Assembly: GCF_009914755.1 (NCBI RefSeq)
Contig: NC_060927.1
DNA length: 64,000 nt
From: the human T2T-CHM13v2.0 reference genome, Homo sapiens
Reading direction: 5' to 3' (one strand)
Part shown: positions 26,917-40,607 of the stretch, piece after piece
How the letters are laid out: each line of letters starts with the position of its first letter
How positions within the stretch are numbered: position 1 is the stretch's first letter
Position numbers and translations under genes: made by a program
Notes under the pieces: generated by a model
Seen by the model: the letters and a program-made list of their open reading frames with translations, nothing else
Database searches by the model: none
Told to the model about the DNA's origin: nothing

Positions 26917-28489
26917 GAACATGGTTTTGACCCGCAGTTCTTGCCCATCAAAGAGCTGTGCCCTGTCTGCTCCCACTGACAGGCAGATAAATACAGAGAT
27001 CTGTTGGCAAGTACATATTTATGTGTATCTACAGTTCCCTCACACAGACTTACAGAGAATGCATAACAGCTTCTAGTGGTATAACAAATGCACCCACTAA
27101 TGGGGTGAGACCCATTACTCACAAATGGGTGAAAAGAAGCATCAATATGCAGGTCTTAACCCCAGTTTGTGGGCAGAAACCTGTCATTCCATTGCAGGCC
27201 GATAGGTCTCCTATTCACACAGTCCTTGTTTAATTTTCCAAACACCCTTTCTCTAAATGGTGCTACTCTGAGCTGTGTAGTGCAGACAGACAGGTTTGAC
27301 AAGCAGAGCTGTCAATTTCACATTTTTCATCCCAACTGCAGGGCAAAATTAGGCCTTGTACGTAACTGGGGTTGACTGGTTAGGAAGGCAGGAGAGGTTG
27401 GCATTTAAGAGGTATTTTCCACATTAGAAACTCAGAACTCAAGATAGAAAACTCAAAAAGGGTTGTCCCTATTCAACATCCATGAAATCAGGAGAGTCCA
27501 AAGATGTGTACTGGTGGTCTACTGTGGGGCATATACATTTTGCTGAAACGAGAAGATGAAGGGAAAAGTAAAGCTTGGTCCTATCTAGAAGGAGCTATGG
27601 GTAAGTAAGTAGTGAAAGACACTCACTCAAATACCATAATATAAAAATGGGGCACTTGCCGTAAGAGAGGAACATAGCAACGTGTACACACAATTCTTGG
27701 TTAACCAAGAAGTTGAATATATAAGTAATATATTAGTCAAATTTTTATCCTTCAAAAAATTTTGGAATTGTCCAAAGAAAGGCCAACAGGATACATGCTA
27801 GGCAATGATGGGTGGATTAGGCATACAACGAAAGCAAGTTAACCAGCGCTGTTTCTAACAACCAAGTCCCAGAATATCCTTGGGATCTCTGGGACTATCT
27901 CAAGCATATAACATGAGTCTGGGATGGTTTTGAAATCTCTGCTAGCATATGCTCTGCCCTGAGGTTTCTTTTTGGTGCTGATTTGGTTGAACTGAAGAAG
28001 GAAGGGAGAACACATAGAAGAAGAGTTCTCTCTATTTTCAGGCGGCAGTCCTATCTATACCGGTGGTACAGTTAAGAACCTAGAATGAATGCTCCTCCAG
28101 AATCCCCTGTGCAGATCGACACTCTATGGTATATGAGATCTCACAGAGTCTTGCATATCAGAAACTCACAAACGGGAACACAGAAGAGTCTGTGTGTCCC
28201 TGAGTTTATGCTCAAGCTGTCAAACATCAAGAGTAATTTATGTTGTTCAGGAACATACTATAACAAAGCTCTCACAGGTTGGAGGCTTCAGTGAGCCTGA
28301 GGGCTCACTTCCCAACCTGGACTTACCCCATAAGGAGCAACGGACTTTGCTAACATGAAATCAAAAGGCAAAGGAAATCAGGCATTTAGGAGGTATTTTA
28401 CAGTTACAATTACCCAATCCTAGGTTGGACTAGGATTGGGGTTGGTGGGGAAGGAGACATGGAAAGTGCTGTTAAATGTTGTTTGAAAT

Positions 28490-29040
28490 GTCCCTTTTTG
28501 ATCCCCACAGTCATGAGTGTATTTGAGTCTTGATTGCTCTTTACTTAAATTATTGTCATTGCCCCTCAGTTGGCATCTCTGACTAATCCCAACCCTCTCA
28601 ATCTACTCTGCACACTATAGCCAGGTTAACTTCTAAAACATGCCTTTCATTATTTTTGCTTGTCTCTGTAAGTGTTTCAGTTATTCAGCAAATCCTTATT
28701 GCATTCTAACTGTCTGATAGCTATTGTTCTCATCACCCACAAAAAATAAATCTGGACTCTGCCTGCCTTTTGGAATTCACATCCTAGTCTTCAATAACAT
28801 GGCTCTCATTTCTAGTTTCACTACTTCCTGTATACACCAACTTTATTTCCATTGGTTGATATTTTTCTTCATCCTCCCTACTTCTCTGTTTTCCCATATT
28901 AAACCATTGGCTACCATCTTTGCTTCTTTCCAAAAGACCTTTTATTCCATTATCTTTCAACGTCCAGCTTTTACATCTACAGCTAAAGTTCTCCGTCTAC
29001 TATTAATCAAGCCTTCTATACTCCTTTCTAGGCCACCATA
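28490..29040 (+). mobile_element. L2 fragments (degraded)
   Basis: ccctctcaatctactctgcacactatagccagg and aaataaatctggactc, in a pyrimidine-rich L2-like body. Confidence 0.5.
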
Positions 29041-30664
29041 ATGCAGATTCTTGTAGTACTCACTACCTTTCGTTATTGCTCATGTTGGTGCATAATGGCA
29101 GATTGGTAATTTCCAGTTAGTTTTAGGATCTAATTACTAGTCTCTGCAATAAGAGTATAAAAACCATAAGCTCTCTGTGAGCAGGTATTGTGTTTCTGAT
29201 AGTAACATTATTAACTGTTGTGATAACTGTGAATTAAGTTTAGCATCATACTTATTTCTAAATTTAAATTGTACCACTTCTAACAAAATTTTCTCCATCG
29301 TTTTATTAAAAAAAAGTCCAAAAGAGGATGACAATAACAGGAACACAATAAATATATATCCACATGTAATGGTCAGTGGTCTTTTCCAGTGACAATAATG
29401 CTGCATTTTGCTATTAGCTCCTTTCTTTTTTACGTGATATTCACTATTAGACATACTACTACACTAATGCCAACATTTTCCAGTAAAAATTGACATTAAT
29501 TAAGCTTTGGATGTTGTCAGCACTAGCCTAGGGATAGGGTAGGTTTAGGGCCACTGAGACCAAGTTCAGGGTATAAGATCTCTGATATTCATCAAGCAGC
29601 TAAGATAAGAAGCATAATGAAAGGCAAAACAAATGGTACACCATATAGTATGCCGAATATTTTTAATGCTGATTTTTGTAGATAGAACTTGATATCAGCT
29701 TTTACTCATTTGTTATTGATATATGTGTATTTTCTTAAAATATAATAAATATAGAAAAGGGTTTGTGAATAACATAATATGAAGATCAGAATCAAGATTA
29801 GAGCCAAGGGCATCAGATTAAAATGCAGATGAATAATGAATCACCTGTAAGATTAAAGCTCTAATTCCAAATGGAAAGAAAGCATTGGCAAAGGCATACA
29901 AACATGGTTCTAGTGTGGTGTTCACAGTTCCATGAAGGAAAAGATGAAGCAGATAGGAGGGTGGGCCTACTGTATGGACTAGGTACTGGTATTAAGGGTT
30001 TTGTATTAGGCAAGAAGACAAAAATAATTAAAAGAGTTTGGACTGGAAGACTGGGAATGATAACTGGGGATAGTGAATAGGATGGCCTAGGTGTACAATG
30101 AGGTCAGCATTTAGCACATCAGGTGGCCAGGACTAGGACCTAACCAAGAAGCTGGAAATAGAAGGAAACTCCTTCATTCATTATTTGACCTTACATTTTT
30201 TTATTGAATAATAGTAGTAGACTGATCTATAGACCTAAACCAGTGGATCAACAGACCTAGACTAGACCATGCTTAACAGAATTTACAGTTTGGAGGGAAA
30301 ATAGACATGAAAGACTTAAGTAATAAGATGAGAGCAGCCAGAGACAATGAGTAGGTAATAGGAGTGAGGCCCACCAAAGAAGTGATCATATATCAGCTAC
30401 TTGAAACCAGTGGTAAAAGTAAACTCAGTACCAAGCTCACTTCATCCAAAGCATGGATTCCTTATATGTTCTCTGCTTGGGATAATATTAAGATCAATCT
30501 GTATGTAAAGCTTACACAGCTAGGACAAGCAAGGATTCCTAGGTCGGGGGAGTGTGTTCACATATGATGGTGTCTGTGCATGTAGGTTTTTTTCCTAACA
30601 AGTATTAACCATGATCCTATAGCATAAGAGTGAGTGATGATGAGGAGGATGATAATGGTAATGA

Positions 30665-30911
30665 TGATAACAGCAGCTGTTTATTGAGTGCTTATTATAT
30701 ACTAGGTATTGGTTTAAATATTTTACATTTATTAGATTACTTACTCCCCACAGTAATTTTATAATAAAAACAAATTTATGGTCCCCCACCTCCTTCTCCT
30801 CATCCTTAATTTACAGATAAAGAAACTGAGTCATGAGAATTAGTTTTCTTAAGGTTACAGTGTTGTAGAATCTACGTAGTCTTCACTCTTAACCACACTG
30901 CTCTACTGCCT
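30665..30911 (-). mobile_element. MIR SINE
   Basis: tttattgagtgcttattatatactagg...ttacagataaagaaactgag...cactcttaaccacactgctctactgcct. Confidence 0.85.
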
Positions 30912-31532
30912 AAATTCAGGTAACCAACAAAAGAGTTGCCCTGCCTCATCTTGGAGCTTATAGATGTCTACAGAATATATTGAGAAATATATATGAGAAA
31001 TGATTTAAGGATATTCTTACCAGAGCAGTAGCCATTCTAAAAATTATCACAATGGTATATTATATTGTTTAGACATAAAATGAGAGTATTGGGGTAACAT
31101 ATATCAGAGATTTGGCTCTTACAGATTTTAATTTTTAATTGTACTATTTAAGGGAAAAATTGAGTATTGTGAGGAGCACTGGAACAATGGAAAAGGTAAT
31201 ATGGAAAGTAAAAAGTTTAGTCTCAGCCTGGTAAGTGTGGCTGTCTATCTCTTCAAGCTTCCTTTCCTCAACGGGGTGACATAAGGGTTAATAGGATGAC
31301 TGTAAAATGCAGTTACCTTATGAAGAATGAAAAATCCCATTATTACTGAGATTTTTCAAACCCTGATAATTCTGCTGGGATTTTCTGAACCATGATAATT
31401 CTGCTGGGATCTGGTATTAAACAGCATGTAGACAGATTAATCCCAAGCCCAGAAAAGAGCAAACAAATAAAACATAAGTAGCATAATGACTGAAGAAAGT
31501 TAGATTGTAGTGTCCAATCTCATAGTGGCCAC

Positions 31533-31861
31533 TTTTTTTGTTTGTTTGTTTGTTTGTTTGTTTTGAGACGGAGTCTTGCTCGGTCGCCCAGGCTGGAGTG
31601 TGCAGTGGTGTGATCTCAGCTCACTGCAACCTCCACCTCCCTCCCAGTTTCAAGCGATTCTCCTGCCTTAGCCTCCCGAGTAGCTGGGATTATAGGTGTG
31701 TGCCACCACATCCAGCTAATTTTTGTATTTTTAGTAGAGACGAGGTTTCATCATGTTGGCTAGGCTGGTCTTGAACTCCTGACCTCAGGTGATCTGCCTG
31801 CCTCGCCTCCCAAAGTGCCCAAAGTGCTTGGGATTACAGGCATGAGCCACCGCGCCCAGCC
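31533..31861 (-). mobile_element. AluS (Sx-like) with (TTTG)n tail
   Basis: gagacggagtcttgctcggtcgcccagg...cgcgcccagcc. TSD tagtg(g/c)ccactttt. Small internal duplication cccaaagtg. Confidence 0.97.
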
Positions 31862-33259
31862 TGTAGTGCCCACTTTTGACAAAGTTGATTGTTCATGTGG
31901 GAGCATGAACATGAAAATTTAATTACAAACTAAGGAGAAACATACTTAACTTTGAATCTTTCCTATTGGTTTCCTGGAGTCAATTTTAAAGTATCACTTA
32001 ATAAATACTATTTGACAATTTGCAAATTTATATAAATGTATTTTCCTTAGAGTATAAGCATTCAACTCCAATATGATGGTTTCCTATTTTCAGTTTGAGT
32101 AAATATCAAAATAGAATGTCCCTGTTAGATATCTAGGGAATCACTTTTAGGGGACACTATATAATGCCTTACTAAATACCAAGACTACAGTACTATTATT
32201 TTCACAAGTGAGCATGGGTCAAGGCAAAGAAGGGCAAGTTGGGGTAAGGATGTATAGGCTGTTAACCTTGCTGCACAGGTAAATGTAAAAGTTCCTTTTT
32301 TCTAGCCTCAACATGCTGGAAGATCCTGACTTTAAACTGAGTAGAGAATGTCTTAAAGCAAAGAAACAAGAACTCCTGTACTCTGAACTTTGTTGGGGAG
32401 TTCTGGCCCCTTTTATCATTTGATCGTCAATGAATAATATAACTGCGTTTAGCCCTTAAGCCTGTATCAGCTGCAAACGTGACAGATACCTGTCATATTT
32501 TAGAACAGCTTATCGCCTCAGCCTCTGGAGTGATTGAGTATTTATAGACACAAAGATAGAAACATAAAGCACATATGTATAGGCAGGAGTCCCCTGGAGG
32601 TGGCGATTAGGACTAGGCAGTAATTTTAGCTTGAAGTTCCTATGACTTAAATAGCCACTTGAGCTCTGCTCTTGCAGTTTACGATGTCAATAGAACCCCT
32701 AAATGAAATTACAGCCTTCTGATACGCAGCAGGATATCCTTTCTTTGCCATGCAATGTACACGGCCAGGAGAAATTGCTCTGTATATGGAGTTTCACTAA
32801 AGCAGAATTTATCATAAGGCTGCTCTGCTAAAATATCATTATGCTGTTATTCACTGGATAACACATCTAATGACTCGAGGTGCACTTGATAGCCATGTTT
32901 CAGTGAACACAGACGCATGCCCTGATGTGAACTGGGCACTCCAGTACTTCAAAGCACTATCGATTTCAATTCTACCATAATTTACACCTGGCTTGTTTTG
33001 CCAATAGCTTGAACCCATGCTAACACTGGAACATACACATACAAGCTTTAGAAAGATCAGAAATGAGGTGTATAGCAAAAATGAATGCAGCAAACTCTCC
33101 AGGATTTTGCCTTTATAATCATCTCCCTTGATGCCGATTAAATATTTTGCACGATTTTCCTAGTTAAGTTTGGGCATTCCCTCTGTTAGCATTATCCTTT
33201 GGTTGGTGATGATGGTAATAAGAACCTCTTATATTTGGACAAGCTATGGACACTTCTGC

Positions 33260-35020
33260 AGCAGGATCTGGGTGCCAGTCATCTTGGTTCTCCCACTATC
33301 TAGCACAATGACTGGCACATAATAGTTGCTCATGATAATCTCTGCAGGCTCCTCTTCCTCTCTCCATTCCAGAAATGCACTGTATATAAAGGACCTTCTC
33401 CCTTTTGTCATCTTTCAATATATTTTTCCTGAGAAATGTCCACTCCATAATTTTAACTATTACCATGATTTGGATGATTCAGATGACTGCCAAAGTCTGT
33501 CCCTGACATCTCCAGCATTCCTGACTAAATCCAACTGCCAGTCTGGATGCTCCCCTAACACCCCCAAATTAAACACCTTCAAAAGTAAATTTGTAATCTT
33601 CCCCCATCCTCCAAAATCTACTCTTCCTCCTCATAGCTTTTCTTGCTTAGTTGTATAAGGCAGAAACCTGGGAGCAATCCAAAATTCCTTCTCTCCATGC
33701 CCAGCCCAAAGGTTATTAAATTGTGTCAATTTTGCCTATCTCTTGAACATATCTCCTCCTCTCTGTCTATTCCCACAGTTATTGTCCTAGTTCAGGGCTT
33801 CATTGTTTCCTGTCTGAACAATTTCAGTTGCCTCCTAACTCATTTTCTTGCCTCTATTCTCCCACTCCTATAATCTATCCTCTACCCTGCTGACAGGGTG
33901 ATCTTGTATCACACAATTTCATCATTAACCTTCTCTACTTAAAACCTTTCAATAGCTCCCTGAATGCCACAAGATGAAGTTAAAACTTCTTTGCATGGCA
34001 ATCAGGGTCCAACATGATTGTTCCCTGCCTGCATCTACAGCATCGTTTCTCTGTACTCCCCTACTACACATAAGTGATAGTGTTCCCCAGCTCTGCCATG
34101 CTATTTCTAGTTAACTGCCTTTGCCCCTGCTGGCTCCCTTACTGAATGTTCTTCCTCCCTCTGACCATCTGGGAAAATCCTTCCATTCCCAGCACGGATT
34201 TATCAGCTCTTCTGTGAAACTTCCTCTGATCCCCCACTCCAAGATATGTTCAGCTGAACACTCACTGTGCCTCCATGGTTCCTTGAACATCCTTCAGTTA
34301 CGGCACTTAGCATAATGGTATTACCCCAACTTGTTTCCCTATCTGCCTCTCCTCTAGTGAGCAACTTGAGACCATGTTGTATTCATCTTTGTATTGTAAA
34401 TGACAAAGCCAATGCCTTCACAACAGCATATTAGGGCCCATGTGATCAGACACCCTTGTCTCCCTTACTTCATCTCCTACTAGTCTCATGCTTACCCACT
34501 CAGATTCTGCCACACAGACTTCCTTGTTGTCACTCAAACTTTCCAGATACATTCATGTCCAAGGCCTTTGCACTTGATGGTTCCACTGTTGAAAATGCTT
34601 TTGCTTAGATATCCACAAAACTTGCTTCTTCACTTTCATTGAGGTCTTTTCTCAAATGCTGTCCCCCAATGAAGACTTCCCTCTCTACCTCTCCACCCTA
34701 TTTAAAATTGCAAACTTATCCCTGACACAAACACACATGTATACACTCTTTCTCCTCTTTAAATTTTCTCCATAGCACTTATCATAAAATGCCACATATT
34801 TTACATATATATATATATTTTATCTTCTGTCTCTCCTATCTAGAAAGTAACTACAAGGAGAACAAAGATTTCTGTTTTTTTTTTTTCTAAATCTACTGCA
34901 GTATCCCCAACCCCTGGAATAGTGTTGGGTACATAATATGAATTCCTCAATAAATATTTATTAATAAATGAATCAATCTTTAGCTTCTTGAATAATAACT
35001 GACACAGAGTAGGGATTCAA
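33260..35020 (+). mobile_element. L2 cluster (L2b/c body plus nested L2a piece at ~34425-34975)
   Basis: Typical L2 motifs (tccaactgcc, acttaaaacctttcaatagctccc, ggcctttgcacttg, ctcaataaatattt...aatgaat). More than one 3' end. Confidence 0.85.
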
Positions 35021-35034
35021 AAATGTTTCTTTCC

Positions 35035-35355
35035 TTTTTTTTTTTTTTTTTTGGTTTGTTTTTTGAGACACAGTCTTGCTCTGTTGCCCAGGTTGGAGTA
35101 TAGTGGTGCAATCATAGCTCAATGCAAGCTCAAACTCCTGGGCTCAAGGGATAAGGGATCCTCCCATCTCAGCCTCCTCGGTAGCTGGGACTACAGGCAT
35201 GTGCCATCATGCCTGGCTACTTTTTAAAAATTTTAGTAGAGATGAGATCTTGCTATGTTACCCAGACTGGTCTCAAACTCCTGGGCTCAAGGGATCCTCC
35301 TGCCTTGGCCTTTCAAACTGCTGGGATTATAGGTGTGAGCCACTGCATCTGGCCC
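35035..35355 (-). mobile_element. AluJ inserted in an L2 3' end
   Basis: AluJ diagnostics caaactcctgggctcaagggatcctcc. TSD aaaaat(g/a)tttctt. Confidence 0.95.
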
Positions 35356-37078
35356 AAAAATATTTCTTAAACTAAAAAATACATGGGTGAATGAATGAAT
35401 TAATGTTAAATCCATCTTTAATGAATATAATGAAGAAACAGTCTGTGTACAGTACAGTCTGTGTACAGTAAGTTGAATGGGTTACTATTATCCTCATTAG
35501 ACAAATGAAATAGATGAGTCCCAGAAAGGTTAGGAGCCAAAATTAAAGCTACTATACATAGCTTAAACAGGTTTGCTACTCTTTTTCAATTCACTATTGA
35601 AAGGAACAGACAATTCTTTGCACTTTGTTCATGATGTACCTCTGACATTTGTTATACAATTTTGCTTCCTCTTGACTAGGAATGCAATTAGCAGGAGGTG
35701 CAAGGTGCTAACACTTTTTATTACAATTTATGTCTTTCCATATTAGGTGTTTTTCATAAAAAAGATCCCCTTTCTTTAATTTTCACAAGTGGATTAGGCA
35801 CTCATATAATTTTGCCCTTCGGAGTGGTTTGTACATGACTACCCAGGAGGACATTGTGTTACAAATCCTGCCAGAATGAACTGGAAGGTGAGTGCAGCAT
35901 TCATAGCTTAAGGATGAACAGGTTGTTTGGTGCCAGGTTTGTACTAATGGAGATGTTCTCCATTAGTGTTAACTCCCAAAGGAGAATAAATTCAATAACA
36001 AAACATTTCAGTTTTTGGCATTTCTATGGAGAGTTAACTTTCCATTGTTCAAGGGTTAATTATCCATTATGTGAATCACTTTTCTTTCTGTGGCTGCTTA
36101 CATCTAGGAATTCAGTTTACTAGAGAGTGAGCAGGGAAAATAAAGAGACGAAAAGGAATATTCTATATATATAAACTCCAGGAAAAAAATTGGTTTAGGG
36201 GACAGAATGAGATATAGTTTGGGGATTGCTAAGTTGATTGACAATTGAAAATGGGTAAGATTAAAGCATGTTTTATTATACACAATATTTTGGGTTTTTT
36301 TTTTAAATTGTTTATTAGGGTCAGTTTGTAGTACATGCAGTTACTCTCTGGATGTGATTCTTGTCAGCACAATACCATCTAGGGTGCTAGAATGGGCATT
36401 TAGCAAATGGTACTTTAGAGGCTAGCTCGACTTGGTGCCCCTCTCCTCTGAAGAAGGCTTAGTGTGCTGCAGCTTAATGAATGAAACAGCACTAAGTGAT
36501 TCCACCTATTTCTCTACTCATTGATGAGAAACAACTGCAGTAGGCTATTTTCAGCTATTATTTACCTCAAACAGGGCATTTAATTAGTGCTTGTTAAGAC
36601 AGTGCAAATGATTTGGCTGCCAGTCTTCTTGCCCCTGCTCTTTATTGTGCTGTATGTCTGCCCCGCCTCTCTCCTGTCTAGTTCACAGGGCATCCATAGC
36701 CAGTCTTCATGCCTTTCCATAACTGACATCAGCCTGACCTCCACGGATGTGGAAGTTTGAGGAAAGGAAGAACAAGTATTGACAAGCTGGAGGGACTGTT
36801 GGTTAATATGATGCATTATAGGTAAGTCTGGTACTTTCTGACTACATGAGCTGACCAAGCTGGATATTCGGTCACCCTCATAAGTCCAGGAAAATGAATG
36901 GAACTACTGCAAACTGAAGATCCCATGTTCCATCAGAAATTACCCAAGCATTGTGGGGAACCTTAGCAATCTTAGTAAATGGTTGGAAATGCTGTCAGAT
37001 AGTTGGAAGATCTAATGTGGGAGTTAAGGAGGCTCAGATATAGAAGACTCTGCCAATTTGTGTTCTAGACATGGACAT

Positions 37079-37401
<323 letters not shown>

Positions 37402-37444
37402 TGATAAGCAAGATGTATTCACTGTCAATGCACTGACATGTAGA

Positions 37445-37700
37445 TATCCATTCATTCATCACCTATTCATTGATCCTCCACTCAGACTGAGCCAATCTGA
37501 CACTGGTTGGGAGAGAAATTAACAAACCTAAAACACAAAACCTGCCCTCTAACCACTTGCAGTTTCATATATAGAAAAAACTTCAACTTAAAAGCATATA
37601 TAAATGCTAAATGAAGGTAGATTTGTAAAATGCTACCAGTGTCAGATCACTTTTAATTTGGGTTTTATGGAAAACTTCAGAGAAAAAGTGTGACTTGTCA
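37445..37700 (-). mobile_element. L2 fragment
   Basis: tccattcattcatcacctattcattga tail, acaaaacctgccctc, ggaaaacttcagagaaaaagtgtgacttg. Confidence 0.55.
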
Positions 37701-40607
37701 AGGATATGATTTGGCTGATCTTGAAAAGTTATCAGAAAAATTATGGTTGCTGATGCTAATATGTAAATACAGCATCAAAATATTTAACATATAGTAAAAT
37801 AGCTGAGAAACTAAAATGGGATCATCTGTATATGTACTCAGCCTTATAAAATAAAATGAATTCATTAAACATATGCTCAATTTTAAGATATCAATTAATT
37901 TCTTTCTACTTAATTTTAAACTTTTATATATATAGCAATTAATATTTTGAAGCTGTACATAATAGAATTTAGGTTGATAAGCTAATATGTATATTTGCTG
38001 AAGGATAATTACCAAACTTATCAGCTAACTACATCTTTCTTTTTGCAAATACTGTTCATAAATATTTGTGTAAACTTTCGGTGTTGTCAGTGTGATAAAA
38101 AGTCAGCTACATTTCATTTATGGTCATTATGACCAAAACATTTGACTGAAATCAAAGGCAAGTAAGCCTGGCTAGAATTTGGTCATATTTTTAATAGCTG
38201 AATATAGATATATGGTTGTGCGTATATGTAGGCATTTATAAGCTAACATACATATACAATCATATGATACAAGCAATCAACTCCTTTTTAAGTTTTTAAA
38301 ATATATGTCTTTCTTAGGGGAATCACATAAATACTAAAAACCACTTCTATATAAATAAGAAAGAACAATTTCTTATTGGGGTAACAACAATTCTGTTATT
38401 TAGCAATTTGATTTGTGTATATCTGCGACTGCCTAATTAAATGAATATAGCATATAGGAAGTACTTACAGCTAAAATATGCACGCAAGAAAATACACATT
38501 TCACAACATGCATCCTCATTAATTTAATGAAATTAGAATTTCCAGGTGAGCACTAGGAAATTGAGTTATTGACAGTGCATTGTGAAGGCTTATGATCAAG
38601 GTATTGAAAAAATAAGTAATATTAATATAGCCATTGAAGCACAAAAAATACATCGTCTTGCCTTTGTATCAGAGGTACACTAATCAAATTCTGACTTCTT
38701 ATATATTTCAATTTAGTCATGAAATTCTTCCACGACCACTTGGAACTCCAAGCCTTAGCAACTATAAGAAAAATCTCTCTGGCAGATTATATTTTTTTAA
38801 ATGTCATGTCTTGGGAATACTCTTAAATATTTGTTTTCACCTATTCTCTTCTTAAAGTTGCTTATATAATTTCATATGTAGTCATTAATAACATGTTTTC
38901 AAAGTGTTAGAGATCTAGCTTGCCTTCAACGCAGTTCTAATAGACATCCCTACCAGAAACTATGAGACAGTTTTCCTGGGAGTCTGGGCAGTTTGAATAT
39001 TAACTGAGGAATGTTAACCTCCTATGTAGGTCTTGGTGGTAATGGCCTAAGAGCTAGTTACATTTTTTATAACGTATTGTAAACACCATTTCCCTTTCAA
39101 CTTTTTTTCTTTAGAAAACAAGATAACTAATGAAAATTACCCAAGAAATATTATACATATAAATAGTATAGTCCTAACACGAGCTAACTACAATAGGCAA
39201 ACTTTACTATTAATATAACATTAAACTTTTACCATACTAGCCCTAATAAAACTCTGAGACTATTTTCTATCACAATGACAGCTGATGAATTTAATGTGCC
39301 TCACAAACTATAGGAATTGTGATAGGAAGTTGACTCTGTCCTAGAGGCCACTGACAAACCTGATAAGGCTGTAGCAGGGGTCAGTCTCTATAGGAAACTT
39401 GGGCTATATGAGCATGTATGAGTTCTGTGGTTAAGAATCTGAAGCACTCAGTATAGCAAACAAAATTCCAAAGCTGAGTACCAATGTAATACGCTGGATC
39501 GCTGTACCTACTTGGACAAGAGTACATGCAACAGGCACATACAATATACATCTGGTTAAATGTAAAATCATCCATTGCTAAAGCATTTTAAACTTCTAGG
39601 AGAAATCTACTGGCAATGTGTTAACAGCAAGGACAACCAAAACAATAAAATAACATCTCTTTCCTAAAATTTAAGAACATCAAGTAAGTGCCCCTTAGGC
39701 TGGGTTGTGATTCCTGGAAGTTTCAGCCTATGAGAACCATATTGGCGACATCAAAGACTCCCCCTCTTTCCAAAAAGCAATTCACTTCAGATGCTGCCAC
39801 ACAATCGAATGCTTTTATGGCCACCATGTTTTTTTGGTTTTTGTTTCGTCTTTTGTTTTTTCCATGCTTAATGAACATGCCAGATTCTTGAAATAGAAAG
39901 AAGATGAGAAAACCCAGTAAGATGGAATACCTCTAGAAAAGAAACTAGGCAGGGACCTGATGGTAAAGGATAAAAACACATTCCAACAGGAATTCTACTT
40001 TTAGGGAGAGTATGAGTTATTAAGAAGGATGTGGAAGGCACATTTTGGCTATGAAAGCTGGTCCGTGGACTCCTCTGCCAGTCTCACATCAGACAGGATG
40101 CAACCATCCCCACTCCATTCCTTCGACAACTTCCCAGAGCACATTCAATCAGTGTCCCTTAAATTGAGGACAATACTATATTTGGGTTTAATACTGTGAG
40201 GACAGTCATTTAGTTTTCCTGTGGCAGGATGATAAATTTCCTGGGAACCAAATAAGGATTCTCATTGCATTCTTCTGCTTGATACTATGAATGCAGAAGA
40301 ATAAAGAAGAGGGTGTGACAAATCATATTTTCCAAAGGTCGGGTGTGGGGAGGTTCCCTAACGTTTAAAAGCAACCAGTTGTTAGCAAAGTGATCTTTAG
40401 AACAGTATTAGCAAGAATGTTTGCTCTACATCCACTATAGATATTCTCTCCTGCTTAGCTAGGCATGTAAGTACTGTGAGCATAATGTAAATACTCAGAA
40501 CAGAAATGCATGGAAAGCTGGTGGAGTGAAACTCCAAATGAACAATTAATTCCACTTTCACTTCCCCCATCTACCTCCCTGAATACTACCTCCCTGCCCC
40601 CACTCAC

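Noticed and set aside
26844-26930. Resemblance of the poly-Ala/Thr peptide to fish type I antifreeze proteins
   Set aside because: Composition follows directly from the GCA frame of the repeat. Thr spacing (4, 14, 21, 26) is not the 11-residue period, and the DNA is primate.
31353-31410. Short tandem duplications here and at 35438-35469, 42511-42531, 60394-60432, 61761-61795
   Set aside because: Ordinary replication-slippage duplications.
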